Source: Mytilus californianus
Taxonomy: Eukaryota
Length of the DNA stretch: 64,000 nt
Direction: 5' to 3'
Assembly: GCF_021869535.1 (NCBI RefSeq)
Contig: NW_026262581.1
Coordinates: forward strand, 124,682,001 to 124,746,000
Shown: piece by piece, positions 63,250-64,000 of the stretch
Layout of the letters: every line of letters begins with the position of its first letter
Position numbering within the stretch: the first letter of the stretch is position 1
The notes under the pieces: model-generated
What the model was told of the DNA's origin: nothing
Database searches by the model: none
What the model saw: the letters and a program-made list of their open reading frames with translations, nothing else
Translations under genes and position numbers: made by a program

Positions 63250-63740
63250 ACGCGTTTTATTTATTATTTGTTATTTTGCTATATCAGACAGATGAGACCT
63301 TACACGATTCTCTGTGTCCTGTCTTCATTAAAAGGAGTGTGCTTCTTACATAAAAAAAAAATTACAAACAGAGTTTTGAGGAAGAACGACTTCAGACGAC
63401 ACTACATTAGTCTTACGGTCATCATCACGAATTGGTTGACGAATATGATGTGTCGGTGTCTCAACTCACTAGCGACATGTTTTCGAGATTTTAGCTCTTT
63501 AGATACCAGTATAATCGTCTCATCTGAGCTTTACCGATTGTGTCTTATTCCCAATTGTGATATTTTGACTGAGTGCGAATGGCGGGTGATTCATGCATAA
63601 CATGAGATGCTTACCCTGTCAACACAAGCCGTCTCGCTCCTTTTTGAGTTCATGCGATTCCACCAGTGTTTGTTTGATATCTTGATTTGTCTCTTCCTAA
63701 TCGATTTACGAGGTTTGAACATCAGTAAACTACTGTCGCC
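63250..63740 (+). mobile_element. Penelope-like RT C-terminus plus 3' UTR remnant
   Basis: Codons for GHHHELVDEYDVSVSQL, then a tail homologous to 6840-7155, including CATAACATGAGATGCTTACCCTGTC. Confidence 0.7.
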
Positions 63741-63848
63741 TTAATTTAAGCCCTTTTTTCCAGAGCGGTTTATAATCCTCGCTTTCCAAAATGTATGTCT
63801 CGAGTGCATCTGATGAGAGTTATTATAAAAACACTTGTTTTGCTCATG

Positions 63849-63964
63849 GAAGCTGCTAAGTTAAGTTGCAACATAATTTGCAAAAGCTAAAAATCTGTAA
63901 AATAAAAGAAGCTGCTAAGTTAATTTGCAACATAATTTCCAAAAGCTAAAAACCTTAAAAAAAA
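63849..63964. repeat. 59-bp tandem duplication
   Basis: GAAGCTGCTAAGTTAA(G/T)TTGCAACATAATTT(G/C)CAAAAGCTAAAAA at 63849 and 63908. Confidence 0.85.
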
Positions 63965-64000
63965 GAACACCAAATCACTTCAGGGCTTTATAGTTTTAAA

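Overview
AT-rich eukaryotic DNA with GT-AG spliced genes and dense repeats. The repeat types and gene families point to a bivalve mollusc, probably a Mytilus-type mussel (inference from pattern recognition, not a database search). Bases ~2.2-25.2 kb hold three intact HSPA12-like (atypical Hsp70) paralogues: two tandem on the minus strand and one divergent on the plus strand. All three have the same 4-coding-exon plan (internal exons 219 and 160 nt, phases 0/0/1) and assemble to about 612, 609 and 600 aa. The two minus-strand copies share an unusual phosphate-1 loop (DFGSHGS instead of DxGTT(Y/F)S). A partial spliced gene for an atypical TIR-domain protein lies at ~52.2-55.8 kb. The rest is mobile DNA: several Penelope-like (Naiad-type) RT remnants, minimal hammerhead ribozymes in a short repeat (one intact, one core-mutated), Helentron-associated (HINE-like) elements carrying internal satellite arrays, SINE and MITE remnants, and a terminus-to-terminus Ginger-like integrase transposon (45905-48847) with a spliceosomal intron. 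Other notable items are a minisatellite built from an HSPA12 splice acceptor and a 15x48-bp array amplified from a transposon terminus. Exon and terminus coordinates were read base by base; boundaries of degraded repeats are approximate. There is no prokaryotic or CRISPR content.
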